64,000 nt of DNA from Macrostomum hystrix (lineage: Eukaryota; Animalia; Platyhelminthes): positions 1,674,001-1,738,000 of the forward strand of contig CATNEN010000032.1 of the NCBI GenBank assembly GCA_950097015.1. Direction: 5' to 3'. A program made the translations under genes and the position numbers. Below are positions 10,339 through 22,479 of the stretch, in pieces; the stretch's first letter is position 1, and every line of letters begins with the position of its first letter. The notes beneath the pieces were generated by a model. It had not been told where the DNA came from, did not search any database, and worked only from the letters and a program-made list of their open reading frames with translations.

Positions 10339-13300
10339 TCAAAGATCGGCAAATGGGTCGAACCCGGCGTTCGGATTCTTGCTAGCCGGAGCTGCTACGC
10401 CCGCGGCAGTGGGAGCCTGGTTGGAATTTGCACAATGGGATAATAAGCAAGGCAATTTAAATGTGGCTTTTGTTAACAACACCAAAGCAGTTAATTTAAT
10501 TGCGAAGTCGAAAAATGGTTTTCAAACCTAGTGGATGGGATCAGAATTGTGGGTGGTGGATAGGATCAGACTGGTGGGTGGTGGATGGGATCAGACTGGT
10601 AGTGGATGGGATCAGACTGGTGGTGGATGGGATCAGACTAGTGGTGGATGGGATCAGACTGGAGGTGGATGGGATCAGAGTAATGCTCAATATTTTATGT
10701 AATTAGGATGAGAGAAACGCACCGGCTGCTGCTGCTGTGCAGTCGGAGGAGTCCATCCCACAGTGGGTCCGGCCGAAACCGGTTTAGCAGCCGGAGCGGA
10801 CTGGCCCACGGTGAAGTTGGTGGCCAGACTGGCCAGGCTGGTATCCAGACTGGAGGTCAGGCCGCCCAGGCTGGCGAACGGATCAAAGGCGGCGCCGCCG
10901 GCATCGCTTTTGGCTATGAGGGTAGGTTGGGGTGGGTGACAATTGCTAGGGTGTAGGTTGGGGTGGGTGACAATTGCTAGGGTGTAGGTTGGGGTGGGTG
11001 ACAATTGCTGCGGTGTAGGCTGGGTGGGTGACAATTGCTGTGGAGTAGGTAGGGGTGGGTGATAATTGCAGTGGTGTAGGTTGGGTGGGTGATAATTGCT
11101 GTGGAGTAGGTTGGGGTGGGTGATAGTTGCAGTGGAGTAGGTTGGGGTCGATGATAATTGCTGTGGAGTAAGTTGGGTTGGTGATAATTGCTGTGGAGTA
11201 GGTTGGGGTGGGTGATAATTGCTGTGGAGTAGGTTGGGGTGGGTGATAATTGCTGTGGAGTAGGTTGGGGTGGGTGATAATTGCTGTGGAGTAGGTTGGG
11301 GTGAGTGATAATTGCAGTGGAGTAGGTTGGGGGTCGATGATAATTGCTGTGGAGTAGGTTGGGTGTGTGATGGTTGCTGTGGAGTAGGTTGGGTGGGTGA
11401 TAGTTGCTGTGGAGTAGGTTGGGTGGGTGATAATTGCTGTGGAGTAGGTTGGGGTGGGTGATAATTGCTGTGGAGTAGGTTGGGGTGGGTGATAATTGCT
11501 GTGGAGTAGGTTGGGGTGGGTGATAATTGCTGTGGAGTAGGTTGGGGTGGGTGATAATTGCTGTGGAGTAAATGGGGTGGATGATAGTTGCTGTGAAGTT
11601 GGTTGGGCTGGGTGATAATTGCTGTGGAGTAGGTTGGGGTGTGTGATAGTTGCTGTGGAGTAGGTTGGGGTGTGTGATAGTTGCTGTGGTGTAGGTTGGT
11701 GGGGTGAGTGATAAATGCCCTAACTCTAACTCGGATTTCATGGGAAAAAAACAATAAAACTACAAAACTATATTCAGGTAAAATGTTAAGCAAAAAGCAA
11801 AAAAACTGTGGTAATTCAAATCTGAAACATCACATCAGATAATATCAATATCTAAATGATAGACTGACAGGCCCAGATCTCACACCCAGACAGGCAGGCA
11901 CAGGTATCAAATAGCAACACTTCAATAGCAAGAGAAAAGCCAAATGCTCCAGGTGGATGAGGCTAGGAGGAAATAATCTTCGACGTTGTGGTGAGCACGA
12001 GAAAGGCTGTCATTAAAGCTGGCTTCCTGCAATTTTAATTCCCGATTCCCTACATTTTCCTCGCTTTGTCTGCCGGAAATCTAGAGCCGGGATGAGAGGC
12101 GACAGGGAACTGGTTGGTTAGGAGACAATCTGGCATTGAAAATCGCAGAATATAAGGACCCACACACAAGTATAGCTGCCTTTGGATTAAGTAGCAGAAT
12201 GGATTGCTAGTCTATGCCTTAAATAGGTGAGCGAATAGAGTGGATTGCTAGTATATTCTTCAAATAGGCGAGAGAATAGAGTGGATTGCTAGTCTATTCC
12301 TCAAATAGGTGAGCGAATAGAGTGGATTGCTAGCCTATCCCCCGAATAGGTGAGCGAATAGAGTGGATTGCTAGTATATTCTTCAAATAGGCGAGAGAAT
12401 AGAGTGGATTGCTAGTCTATTCCTCAAATAGGTGAGCGAATAGAGTGGATTGCTAGCCTATCCCCCGAATAGGTGAGCGAATAGAGTGGATTGCTAGTCT
12501 ATTCTTCAAATAGGTGAGAGAATAGAGTGGATTGCTAGTCTATTCCTCAAATAGGTGAGAGAATAGAGTGGATTGCTAGTCTATCCCTCAAATAGGTGAG
12601 AGAATAGAGTGGATTGCTAGTCTATCCCTCAAATAGGTGAGAGAATAGAATGGATTGCTAGTCTATCCCTCAAATAGGTGAGAGAATAGAGTCGATTGCT
12701 AGTCTATTCTTCAAATAGGCGAGAGAATAGAGTGGATTGCTAGTCTATTCCTCAAATAGGTGAGAGAATAGAGTGGATTGCTAGCCTATCCCCCGAATAG
12801 GTGAGCGAATAGAGTGCATTGCTAGTCTATTCCTCAAATAGGTGAGCGAATAGAGTGGATTGCTAGCCTATCCCCCGAATAGGTGAGCGAATAGAGTGGA
12901 TTGCTAGTCTATTCTTCAAATAGGTGAGAGAATAGAGTGGATTGCTAGTCTATTCCTCAAATAGGTGAGAGAATAGAGTGGATTGCTAGTCTATCCCTCA
13001 AATAGGTGAGAGAATAGAGTGGATTGCTAGTCTATCCCTCAAATAGGTGAGAGAATAGAATGGATTGCTAGTCTATCCCTCAAATAGGTGAGAGAATAGA
13101 GTGGATTGCTAGTCTATCCCTCAAATAGGTGAGAGAATAGAATGGATTGCTAGTCTATCCCTCAAATAGGTGAGAGAATAGAATGGATTGCTAGTCTATC
13201 CCTCAAATAGGTGAGAGAATAGAGTCGATTGCTAGTCTATTCTTCAAATAGGCGAGAGAATAGAGTGGATTGCTAGTCTATTCCTCAAATAGGTGAGAGA

Positions 13301-14045
13301 ATAGAGTGGATTGCTAGCCTATCCCCCGAATAGGTGAGCGAATAGAGTGCATTGCTAGTCTATTCCTCAAATAGGTGAGCGAATAGAGTGGATTGCTAGC
13401 CTATCCCCCGAATAGGTGAGCGAATAGAGTGGATTGCTAGTCTATTCTTCAAATAGGTGAGAGAATAGAGTGGATTGCTAGTCTATTCCTCAAATAGGTG
13501 AGAGAATAGAGTGGATTGCTAGTCTATCCCTCAAATAGGTGAGAGAATAGAATGGATTGCTAGTCTATTCCTCAAATAGGTGAGAGAATAGAGTGGACTG
13601 CTAGTCTATCACTCAAATAGGTGAGAGAATAGAATGGATTGCTAATATACAAATACAACAGGCTCTAGATTAGTACGCAGACAAGCGGTGCCAAGCGACA
13701 GTGCAATGGAAAGGCAGATACAGGTGCATTGTGTGACGAACTGTAGTACAAAAAAACACAACCTACAGGTATTGTGTTGCAGAGTACAAAGCCTACAGGC
13801 AAATGGCATGAGTGGTATAAATCAAAAAGTGTTAATAAAACAAGGGAAAGCAGATTCCGGGAATCGGACAAAGAAGCTGAGTAAATGCCAGGTAGAAAAG
13901 GTAATTTCGATTATCTTATTATTTTCATAAACTGACCCGTTTTTAGATTTTCAGTGACTAAATTGATTCTGAATGCTTTAATTAGTTAGATTAAGAATTT
14001 ATCTTTTCAGCTTTTTGTTAGTAAGATTTTTACCCGCAGCAATTG

Positions 14046-14080
<35 letters not shown>

Positions 14081-17000
14081 GCGGCAGTCGATGTCGCTTG
14101 GTTGAGCATGAATGAGGCGAGAATGTCTGAAAAGAGGCGAGTTAACAAATCAAGGAAACCAATTCATATTGAAATGCTAGCAAAAACCTGACAACCTGAC
14201 ACTTCAGAAGTGCCTTTTAAAGTACATTTTAGAATACAGAAAACATAAAACTACGAGCGTGAATAACAAGATCTCTAAGAAAACAACAAGTCGGACACAA
14301 AGAGAAAAACGATAAATAAAAAATATTTAATAAACCAAATGGCTCACCGTTGCCACCCGAGGGCTGTGGCGGTGCCGCCTCGGGTTGCGTGGGCGGCTGC
14401 GAAGGGGGCGCCGGAGGCTGCGCAGAGGCTGCAAAGGGATCCACGGAAGGAGGACTATGGAGAGCACCCCACTGCAGAATCCCTAAAACCCATCTCCCTT
14501 CATTTTCCCTAAACCCGTCTCCCTTCATTTTCCCTAAACCCATCTCCCTTTATTTTCCCTAAACCAATCTCCCTTCATTTTCCCTAAACCCATCTCCCTT
14601 CATTTTCCCTAAACCCATCTCCCTTCATTTTCCCTAAACCCATCTCCCTTCATTTTCCCTAAACCCGTCTCCCTTCATTTTCCCTAAACCCGTCTCCCTT
14701 CATTTTCCCTAAACCCGACTCCCTTCATTTTCCCTAAACCCATCTCCCTTCATTTTTTCCTAATCACATCTCCCAACAGAATCCCTAATCTTATCTCCCT
14801 GCAGAATCCCTAATCCCATCTCCCAGCAGAATTCCTAATCCCATCTCCCTGCAGAATCCCTAATCCCATCTCCCAGCAGAATACCTAATCCCATTTCCCT
14901 GCAGAATCCCTAATCCCATCTCCCTGCAGAATCCCTAATCCCATCTCCCAGCAGAATACCTAATCCCATCTCCCTGCAGAATCCCTAATCCCATCTCCCT
15001 GCAGAATCCCTAATCCCATCTCCCAGCAGAATACCTAATCCCATCTCCCTGCAGAATCCCTAATCTTATCTCCCAGCAGAATACCTAATCCCATCTCCCA
15101 GCAGAATACCTAATCCCATATCCTTGCAGAATCCCTAATCCCATCTCCCAGCAGAATACCTAATCCCATCTCCCAGCAGAATCCCTAATCTCATCTTCGT
15201 GCAGAATTCCTAATCCTATCTCCCTGCAGAATCCCCAATTCCATCTCCCTGCAGAATCCCCAATTCCATCTCCCTGCAGACTCCCTAATCTCAATCCCTG
15301 CACTCACCAGAACCACCGCCTGCGCCAACCTTCGGCGGCTCCGGTTTTGGCGGCGGAGGCCTCGAAGGTCCCGGCGGTCGCGGTGGTCCCGAAGCTGCAG
15401 CTGGGCCGCCGGCGGGCGGCCCGTCAACCGGTGAAGAGGCGGGCCTGGCAGGCGGCGGTCGGGCAGGCGGCGGGGCGCTCTGAGACGGCGCCGGGGTGGG
15501 TTCGGGCTCGGGCTCCCTTGGCGGCGGCTCGTAGGTGCGGCCCTCCAGCGTGGCCAGGTGAGTCTCCATGGCGTCTAGAAACGACACCGGATGCTTCTGC
15601 AGCCTGGTGATGTCAGATTTGTCAACGCCGACGCATTCGGCAACTTTGTTGAACTCATTCAGTAGGTCGCTGCGAACTAGGAACTTCTTGTAGATTTCAA
15701 GAGCTTCGCGGCACTGCTTCTTATTGTTAGTATTGAAGAATTTCGTAAGCAGATTGATGATGCCGTCGTTAAAGACCACGAATAGGCGGGTGGCGTCGCG
15801 ATACAGAATGAGGCAGGCGGCGCTGATGACGCCGTTCGTGACATCCTTTGGCGTGACCTCGAAGGCTAGCAGAGCATCGAATTGGCTGATTAGTACTTCC
15901 AAGGCTTTGATGCCCTTCTCAACGGTCAGGGTGCGCAGAAGACTGTCGTCTGTGCCACGCTTCACCTGGCAGTGGACAGATTATCAAGTTGCTAGGTAGA
16001 TAAACTAATGGATTGGTAGGTAGATAAACTAATGGATTTGTAGGTAGATAAACTAATGGATTGGTAGGTAGATAAACTAATGGATTGCTAGGTAGATAAA
16101 CTAATGGATTGGTAGGTAGATAAACTAATGGATTTGTAGGTAGATAAACTAAGGGATTGCTAGGTAGATAAACTAATGGATTGCTAGGTAGATAAACTAA
16201 TGGATTGCTAGGTAGATAAACTAATGGATTGGTAGGTAGATAAACTAATGGATTTGTAGGTAGATAAACTAATGGATTGCTAGGTAGATAAACTAATGGA
16301 TTGGTAGGTAGATAAACTAATGGATTTGTAGGTAGATAAACTAAGGGATTGCTAGGTAGATAAACTAATGGATTGCTAGGTAGATAAACTAATGGATTGG
16401 TAGGTAGATAAACTAATGGATTGCTAGGTAGATAAACTAAGGGATTGCTAGGTAGATAAACTAAGGGATTGGTAGGTAGATAAACTAAGGGATTGCTAGG
16501 TAGATAAACTAAGGGATTGCTAGGTAGATAAACTAAGGGATTGGTAGGTAGATAAACTAAGGGATTGCTAGGTAGATAAACTAAGGGATTGCTAGGTAGA
16601 TAAACTAAGGGATTGCTAGGTAGATAAACTAAGGGATTGCTAGGTAGATAAACTAAGGGATTGCTAGGTAGATAAACTAAGGGATTGGTAGGTAGATAAA
16701 CTAAGGGATTGCTAGGTAGATAAACTAAGGGATTGCTAGGTAGATAAACTAAGGGATTGCTAGGTAGATAAACTAAGGGATTGCTAGGTTAACTCGGGGA
16801 GTAGTTTGATATTTAGGGGACTGATAGGTAGATAAACTCAGACTGATAGGTAGATAATGTTGAGAGAATAGTATGTCTGTTAGTTTAACTGCCAACCAGT
16901 TTCATAACTTTATTAGACCATTAGTAGCAGAAGGCACTAGGTAGAAAATATTTATAACCTGGTAGGTGAATGGTCTAAGATGGAAGATAAAAAGCAATAT

Positions 17001-19552
17001 ACACTATAGAAAAATTGATAAACAGGCCTATAAATGCAAACCTTGCAAAAGTCAAAGGCCATCATGCGATAGGCGGTGGCCTTCTCCTGTATGTATGCAC
17101 TGTAGCGCACAATAAAACGTGACATTTCAGCAGCCTGTGGTGTAGTCCGATCCGAGAAATTTGGCATTGAGAAGGCGCAGTTGTTGGAGGCCAGGTATTG
17201 GATGAATCTCTCATTGCCGTGATTCATTAGGTTGTGCACAGAAATAAGGGACTTGAATACAACTACCCAGTTAGGGTGCTTCAGTCTGTCCAGCAGTTCA
17301 TTGGCTAGCTCAGGAATGCTCACATTGCTCTCATTGGTGCACTCAATCAGATCTGTCAATAAGCCACAGGGGGTTTGTTGATCAATACCTTTGATTGCAT
17401 TGAAACTAACACTTTCTACATATACAATACTCAATTAGCATCTTTTTATAACTAGAAAGGTCAGCAAAGTTGTTTACTCTATATATTTATTAAGATTTTA
17501 AGGATCTTTAATTGCATTTTTCTAGAGAATCAAATTATATTCTTATAAACAAATGATATAGGTTACAATCAAAATTAGCAAGCAAAGTATAACAATTTGG
17601 AACAGTAATAAGCCATCAGACTTTAAATTCTAAACTACATGAATATAAAACTAAAACAAAAAGCTAAAAAGCCATACAAAAATTAGGTATATTATTAACG
17701 TTTTACTAGGACCTAGCTGCTTGAGTAAACAAAAACTAATGATGCTCCATAGTCCGGATCATGCTGGACTTACGCCGGAGGAAAAATCCAACATTTTTTG
17801 GCACTTACGCCAGACTTACGCCAACCAAAATAAGGTCCCTCTGACTTACGCCACCCAAAAAAAGGTCCTTCACAATTCTTGTTAATCGGTGATTAATTAA
17901 ATTCAGAAGTTGCAACTGTTTAAAAATCTCACAAGTTGCAAATTCTGAATCAAGTATCAAAGTAAGCATCTTAAAGCTAAAAAAACTTTTGCTATCCTAC
18001 AATAGATATTCTGCTATCTCATTTATACGAACTGCAATATTTTAATGAACTTTGTTTTAATGCTGCTCCTTAACATCATAATTAACGCAAATGTGTTATG
18101 TTCTATAGTGATACATTTGATCGTGAATGATCTCATTTGTGCTAACATTTACGCCACTTGATTTATGCCATGTACTTATGCCAAGCACTTACGCCAAGGC
18201 ACATTTTGGCCGATACTTACGCCAAGCACTTACGCCAGCCTCCGATCCCAAACCAGATTTACGCCGGAGATCTCCGGCATAAACGACATGATCCGGACTA
18301 TGGATGATGCTTAAAAATGCCCCAAGACTGTCCTAGTGAATACATTTAGCATTAGGGTAATGAATCATCAACCAAACAAGAATGTGTATTTTTTTAACTT
18401 CAAACCTAAGCTACAGATTTTCTATTTAAGATATGATGATAAATCAAAAGCCAAGTTATAGAAAACAGTTACATCTTTCTAAAAAGTATCTGCTTTTGCT
18501 ATTTTATCAAATAGAAAAAAGTTATTCCTGCTTTTTTTCTAAAACCGAACAATGATTTTCATGTATCTTCAAACCAAACAGAGAATTTGATGTTTGGTTT
18601 CAAAATTTGAGTGAGTGGTTTAATCTTATTTTAAGGAGTTAACTATCATGAATTATGTCATTTGAAGGCATTTTTCATGCTCTATAAATAACTACATTTA
18701 TGGTCATTTAATTGGCAAGCAACCACATACAATCTTAGTCTAAAGTACATACTGAAAAAATGTTGTTAAAAAGTATGCTTTTGCAATAAAAATTTCTACT
18801 GAAACATCTATATCTTTCTTTCCTCTTAATGCTTCATTGCACATCATGCCTCAGCTTGTAGATAATTTCTTCAACTTTCAAATTAGTTGTTCTGTGAAAC
18901 ACAATAGCTTGTTTCTGTCTTGCATAAGACCAAGGAAGAAGTCAAAATTCTTGTTCGGTTTTGAAGATACACTGTTCGGTTGATGATACATTACCCTAGC
19001 TATAAAAGCATTTTTGGGTTCAGTTAGGGTTAGGTAAGCCATCATTTTTATTTTTCATTCTATCTAGTAAAAGTATATACATAAAAATATTTTCATTCAT
19101 TTAGTAAATGAATTAGTAAAAAGTAAATAGGAAAAAGTTAATGCATCTAGACCTAGTAATGTGTACTAGCAAACACTTTATCTTGTTAAAACAATTAAAG
19201 TGAATTAAATTGAATTAATTAAATTTCATTCAATTAAAGAATTTAACAAGTCTTCAGCTCACCTCACTTCAGAAGTGAAAAATAGAAAAATACTTTACAG
19301 TTTATATTCATGCATTCTTAATAATAAATATATTAATTTATGTTTTAAATATATATTCAGAAGCTCTGCCTTGCATTTAAACTTACACTGAAGATGCTTC
19401 TTTTTTGGGGCAGTGATTTCTTCTGTACTAGCTTTGCATACTGCTTTTGCGAGTCCGGAACCAGCAAGAGAGTGCTTTGCTGCCGTAACACGATCCATTA
19501 AGCTTTGCCCACTTCCACTACCAGCTAGCTGCTTTACGACTTTTCCAGCCAT
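10339..19552 (-). CDS. PICALM: Phosphatidylinositol-binding clathrin assembly protein (PICALM/AP180/SNAP91 family, ANTH domain), 7 exons
   Basis: Exons 19552-19387, 17352-17042, 15965-15308, 14428-14348, 14126-14034, 10913-10723, 10416-10339; phases consistent, 525 aa. ANTH motifs [66 protein letters not shown]. Low-complexity tail with FDPF motifs ending DPFADL*. Confidence 0.93.
10540..10680. repeat. Minisatellite, 21-bp unit GTGGATGGGATCAGACTGGTG, in PICALM last intron
   Basis: Tandem periodicity (VVDGIRL repeat ORF). Confidence 0.9.
10920..11710. repeat. Minisatellite, 30/31-bp unit GATAATTGCTGTGGAGTAGGTTGGGGTGGGT, abutting a PICALM acceptor
   Basis: Tandem periodicity. Confidence 0.95.
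12205..13645. repeat. Minisatellite, 41-bp unit AATAGAGTGGATTGCTAGTCTATTCCTCAAATAGGTGAGAG
   Basis: About 35 units with recurring variant blocks. Confidence 0.97.
14478..14760. repeat. Minisatellite, 25-bp unit CCCTAAACCCATCTCCCTTCATTTT
   Basis: Tandem periodicity. Confidence 0.95.
14761..15300. repeat. Minisatellite, 25-bp unit CAGAATCCCTAATCCCATCTCCCTG
   Basis: Tandem periodicity; begins about 5 nt after the donor at 15307. Confidence 0.95.
15990..16790. repeat. Minisatellite, 24-bp unit GCTAGGTAGATAAACTAA(T/G)GGATT
   Basis: Tandem periodicity; ends about 25 nt before the acceptor at 15966. Confidence 0.97.
17747..18303. mobile_element. Non-autonomous DNA transposon (MITE), 557 bp, 17-bp TIRs, 8-bp TSD
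   Basis: Left end CCATAGTCCGGATCATG (17747); right end CATGATCCGGACTATGG (ends 18303). Flanks are ATGATGCT at 17739-17746 and 18304-18311. About 11 subterminal (A/T)TTA(C/T)GCC motifs; no ORF. Confidence 0.9.
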
Positions 19553-21690
19553 TTGCAATACAATTTGTCACTACCTTTAATTTTTTGTCAGTTACGTAAC
19601 GCGAAACACAGTCACAAAGTGATATACGATAAAAAATTGCTTGTATTTACGTTGATGATAAAAATATAAATATTTTTATATTGATTTATTTTCGCACGCG
19701 TTAACAAGAAACAACGAAGACAGTAACAAAGTTTTCAATAAGCGTCGTATAATATATATCTATTTGCGTTATTACTTGTTTCCATTACGCCTTTAACTAT
19801 TTATGGACTTAATTATGCTAGTATAATAGTCGTAGACAACTAATGTTTGTTTATCGTGTGCATCGCCATATGGCCTTCGACAAAATGTTTCAGTCAATTT
19901 TGTTATGTATTAGAAAGAATGAGAAGAAATATTCTATTATTATAAACGTTTCAAGCAAAAAAATATGAAAAATATGAATTCGGCCGTTATTCAGTGGGCC
20001 CGGTGTTAAGCTGTTTCGTGGCGCACTCTATCGGAGTAGACAGCACAAGGACCAATTGGAGGAGTCACAATTGTAAAATTTTCATAAATGAAATATATAC
20101 CTACTTGAGTATATTATTAATTCTTAAAATACCGAAGCTCAAGGCAAGGCCACTTTGAATGTAGGCTGATATTATAACTTTTGTACTTTTTCATCTTAAA
20201 AATGAGAAATAATTAAATTCACTAGATCAGATGTAAAAGCTATAAGTTAAGAATGTTTAGAAGGCTCTTTTCATGAATAGAAACAGAATTGATGACTTAT
20301 TTTGTAGAACAGACGTAATCCTTAACAAAAGCTTGAAACTCTAGCTTTGTAGTTTATTTATATGTTTATAGATTAAAAATCGTTAATTCTCATATACAGC
20401 TAGAAGAAGGATAAAAAGAAGAGAACATTTTTGAAACTTTTTAATACAAATTAGGTTAGAATAGTGCAACGCGCAAAAATATGCAGTTGCTAAGAATTAG
20501 AAAGGAAATGAAAACAAGCATGTAACACTTATGCTTTATTATGCAAAAACCTTTCATGTAATTTAGTCTGGCGCATAGGTGACAGGAAGATGTTGCAAAC
20601 ATGCGTTCCTGTCCTGTTCCGAGCTTTTGCTGATTTACCGGTTGAAGTATGGAAACAATGTTAGATGGAATTGTCAAATTTATGAAACATTTTAGCAATA
20701 ATAAGTCAGAAGACTTTAGGAAATAAAAGCGATGCTTGTTAATAAAATTGGTTAAAAGCGACAAAAAGCAACAGAGGTAATGTCGTGAAGTTTTGTAGGC
20801 CTATTGCCTTAATAATGTTATCCACAAATTGATAAGCATCTGGCTGCCTACTACCGCCAATAACGTAGAGTGCATATTGTTGGTCCTGTTAATATAAGAC
20901 ATGCCGACCAACCATAGTCGCTGGCAAACAAGACCAAACTGGTAAATTGTTAGCTGCGCTAGTAAACTTTTCCTCATTTTCGAAGATAAAATTAAATTAT
21001 TATTACTCAAAGTAGATAATTCAGAAACCAGTATAAATAGAAAAGTAAAGTGAATCTAAGGGCTCTTAACTAAACTTTTTATGAGGAAAATAGCTTAACG
21101 AAGGCCATTACCGATTGGCCTTGATATCCTACGAGAAAAAAAACAAGGCCAATTTTACTATAGCCTCTCAGGCATAAAAATAGGGAAACCAGTTGCTACC
21201 TACATTATGGGCATATCGTTTACAAAATCTGAGCAAAATTTACACAAAAACAAATACGAGAAAAGTTTAAAGAGAAAAACAGGCGCGAGAAAGTGAAAAA
21301 TAATATCAGCAAACGATTTGGGTTGCCAAGGAAACCATGTTATAAATCTATGCGTAGAAGAAGATAAGGCTAATTTTGATTATTCTAAGACAACAACAGC
21401 ACAGACCATGTTAATCAATACTTAAGCTGACAGAAATAACTTATACGTTAATCTTAGCAAATACGGTAGATATATAAGGCGGCTGTGTTAACACAAAGAG
21501 AACATAGGAAAGACGCATCTGCAATATATAGACCAAATCTAAAATAATCAGTTTACTTTCCTAGGCAGCCCAGAATCAGGTACGGGAAGAAAGCTTGGGA
21601 GACGCTAGATTTTTTTAGTTCTAATCCCCAGAAAATTCAAAGATGTGTACCGAAAAGAAGGGTCTCTAGAATACGTCAGAGATTAGCCAG

Positions 21691-22310
21691 CCAGTTTCTG
21701 ATTGGAAAGCACCCGTTCTTCAAGTTATCCTTGTTTCCGCAGAAGGAGGAGTTCCGCCAGCCAGTTTCTGATTGGAAAGCACCCGTTCTTCAAGTTATCC
21801 TTGTTTCCGCAGAAGGAGTTCCGACAGCCAGTTTATGATTGGAAAGCACCCGTTCTTCAAGTTATCCTTGTTTCCGCAGAAGGAGGAGTTTCGACAGCCA
21901 GTTTCTGATTGGAAAGCACCCGTTCTTCAAGTTATCCTTGTTTCCGCAGAAGGAGGAGTTTCGACAGCCAGTTTCTGATTGGAAAGCACCCGTTCTTCAA
22001 GTTATCCTTGTTTCCGCAGAAGGAGGAGTTCCGCCAGCCAGTTTCTGATTGGAAAGCACCCGTTCTTCAAGTTATCCTTGTTTCCGCAGAAGGAGGAGTT
22101 CCGACAGCCAGTTTCTGATTGGAAAGCACCCGTTCTTCAAGTTATCCTTGTTTCCGCAGAAGGAGTTCCGACAGCCAGTTTATGATTGGAAAGCACCCGT
22201 TCTTCAAGTTATCCTTGTTTCCGCAGAAGGAGGAGTTCCGACAGCCAGTTTCTGATTGGAAAGCACCCGTTCTTCAAGTTATCCTTGTTTCCGCCGAAGG
22301 AGGAGTTCCC
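21691..22310. repeat. Tandem array of nine 70/67-bp units just downstream of the SCaMC stop codon
   Basis: Units start at 21691, 21761, 21828, 21898, 21968, 22038, 22108, 22175, 22245; near-identical with no spacers. Confidence 0.97.
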
Positions 22311-22479
22311 AAAAGAATTTTATGATAGCGTGAATTCCCTTAGTATTCTCTAACAGCTTCGACAAAAAAACAAAAGTTTGACTTACTCTGTCAACAAAAA
22401 ACGCTATACAACTCTGCGAAAAACAAAATATTTGAAAGACGCGAGCCGCATCGGCCATCAATCAATCCGCTGTCTTAGA

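Noticed and set aside
12205-13645. Donor-like AG|GTGAG words in array units (also 5195, 26955, 33395, 58230 arrays)
   Set aside because: They follow the purine-rich strand whether sense or antisense to the host gene, so composition explains them.
21691-22310. CRISPR array
   Set aside because: Units are contiguous and near-identical with no unique spacers, no cas genes are present, and the context is a eukaryotic intron-containing genome.
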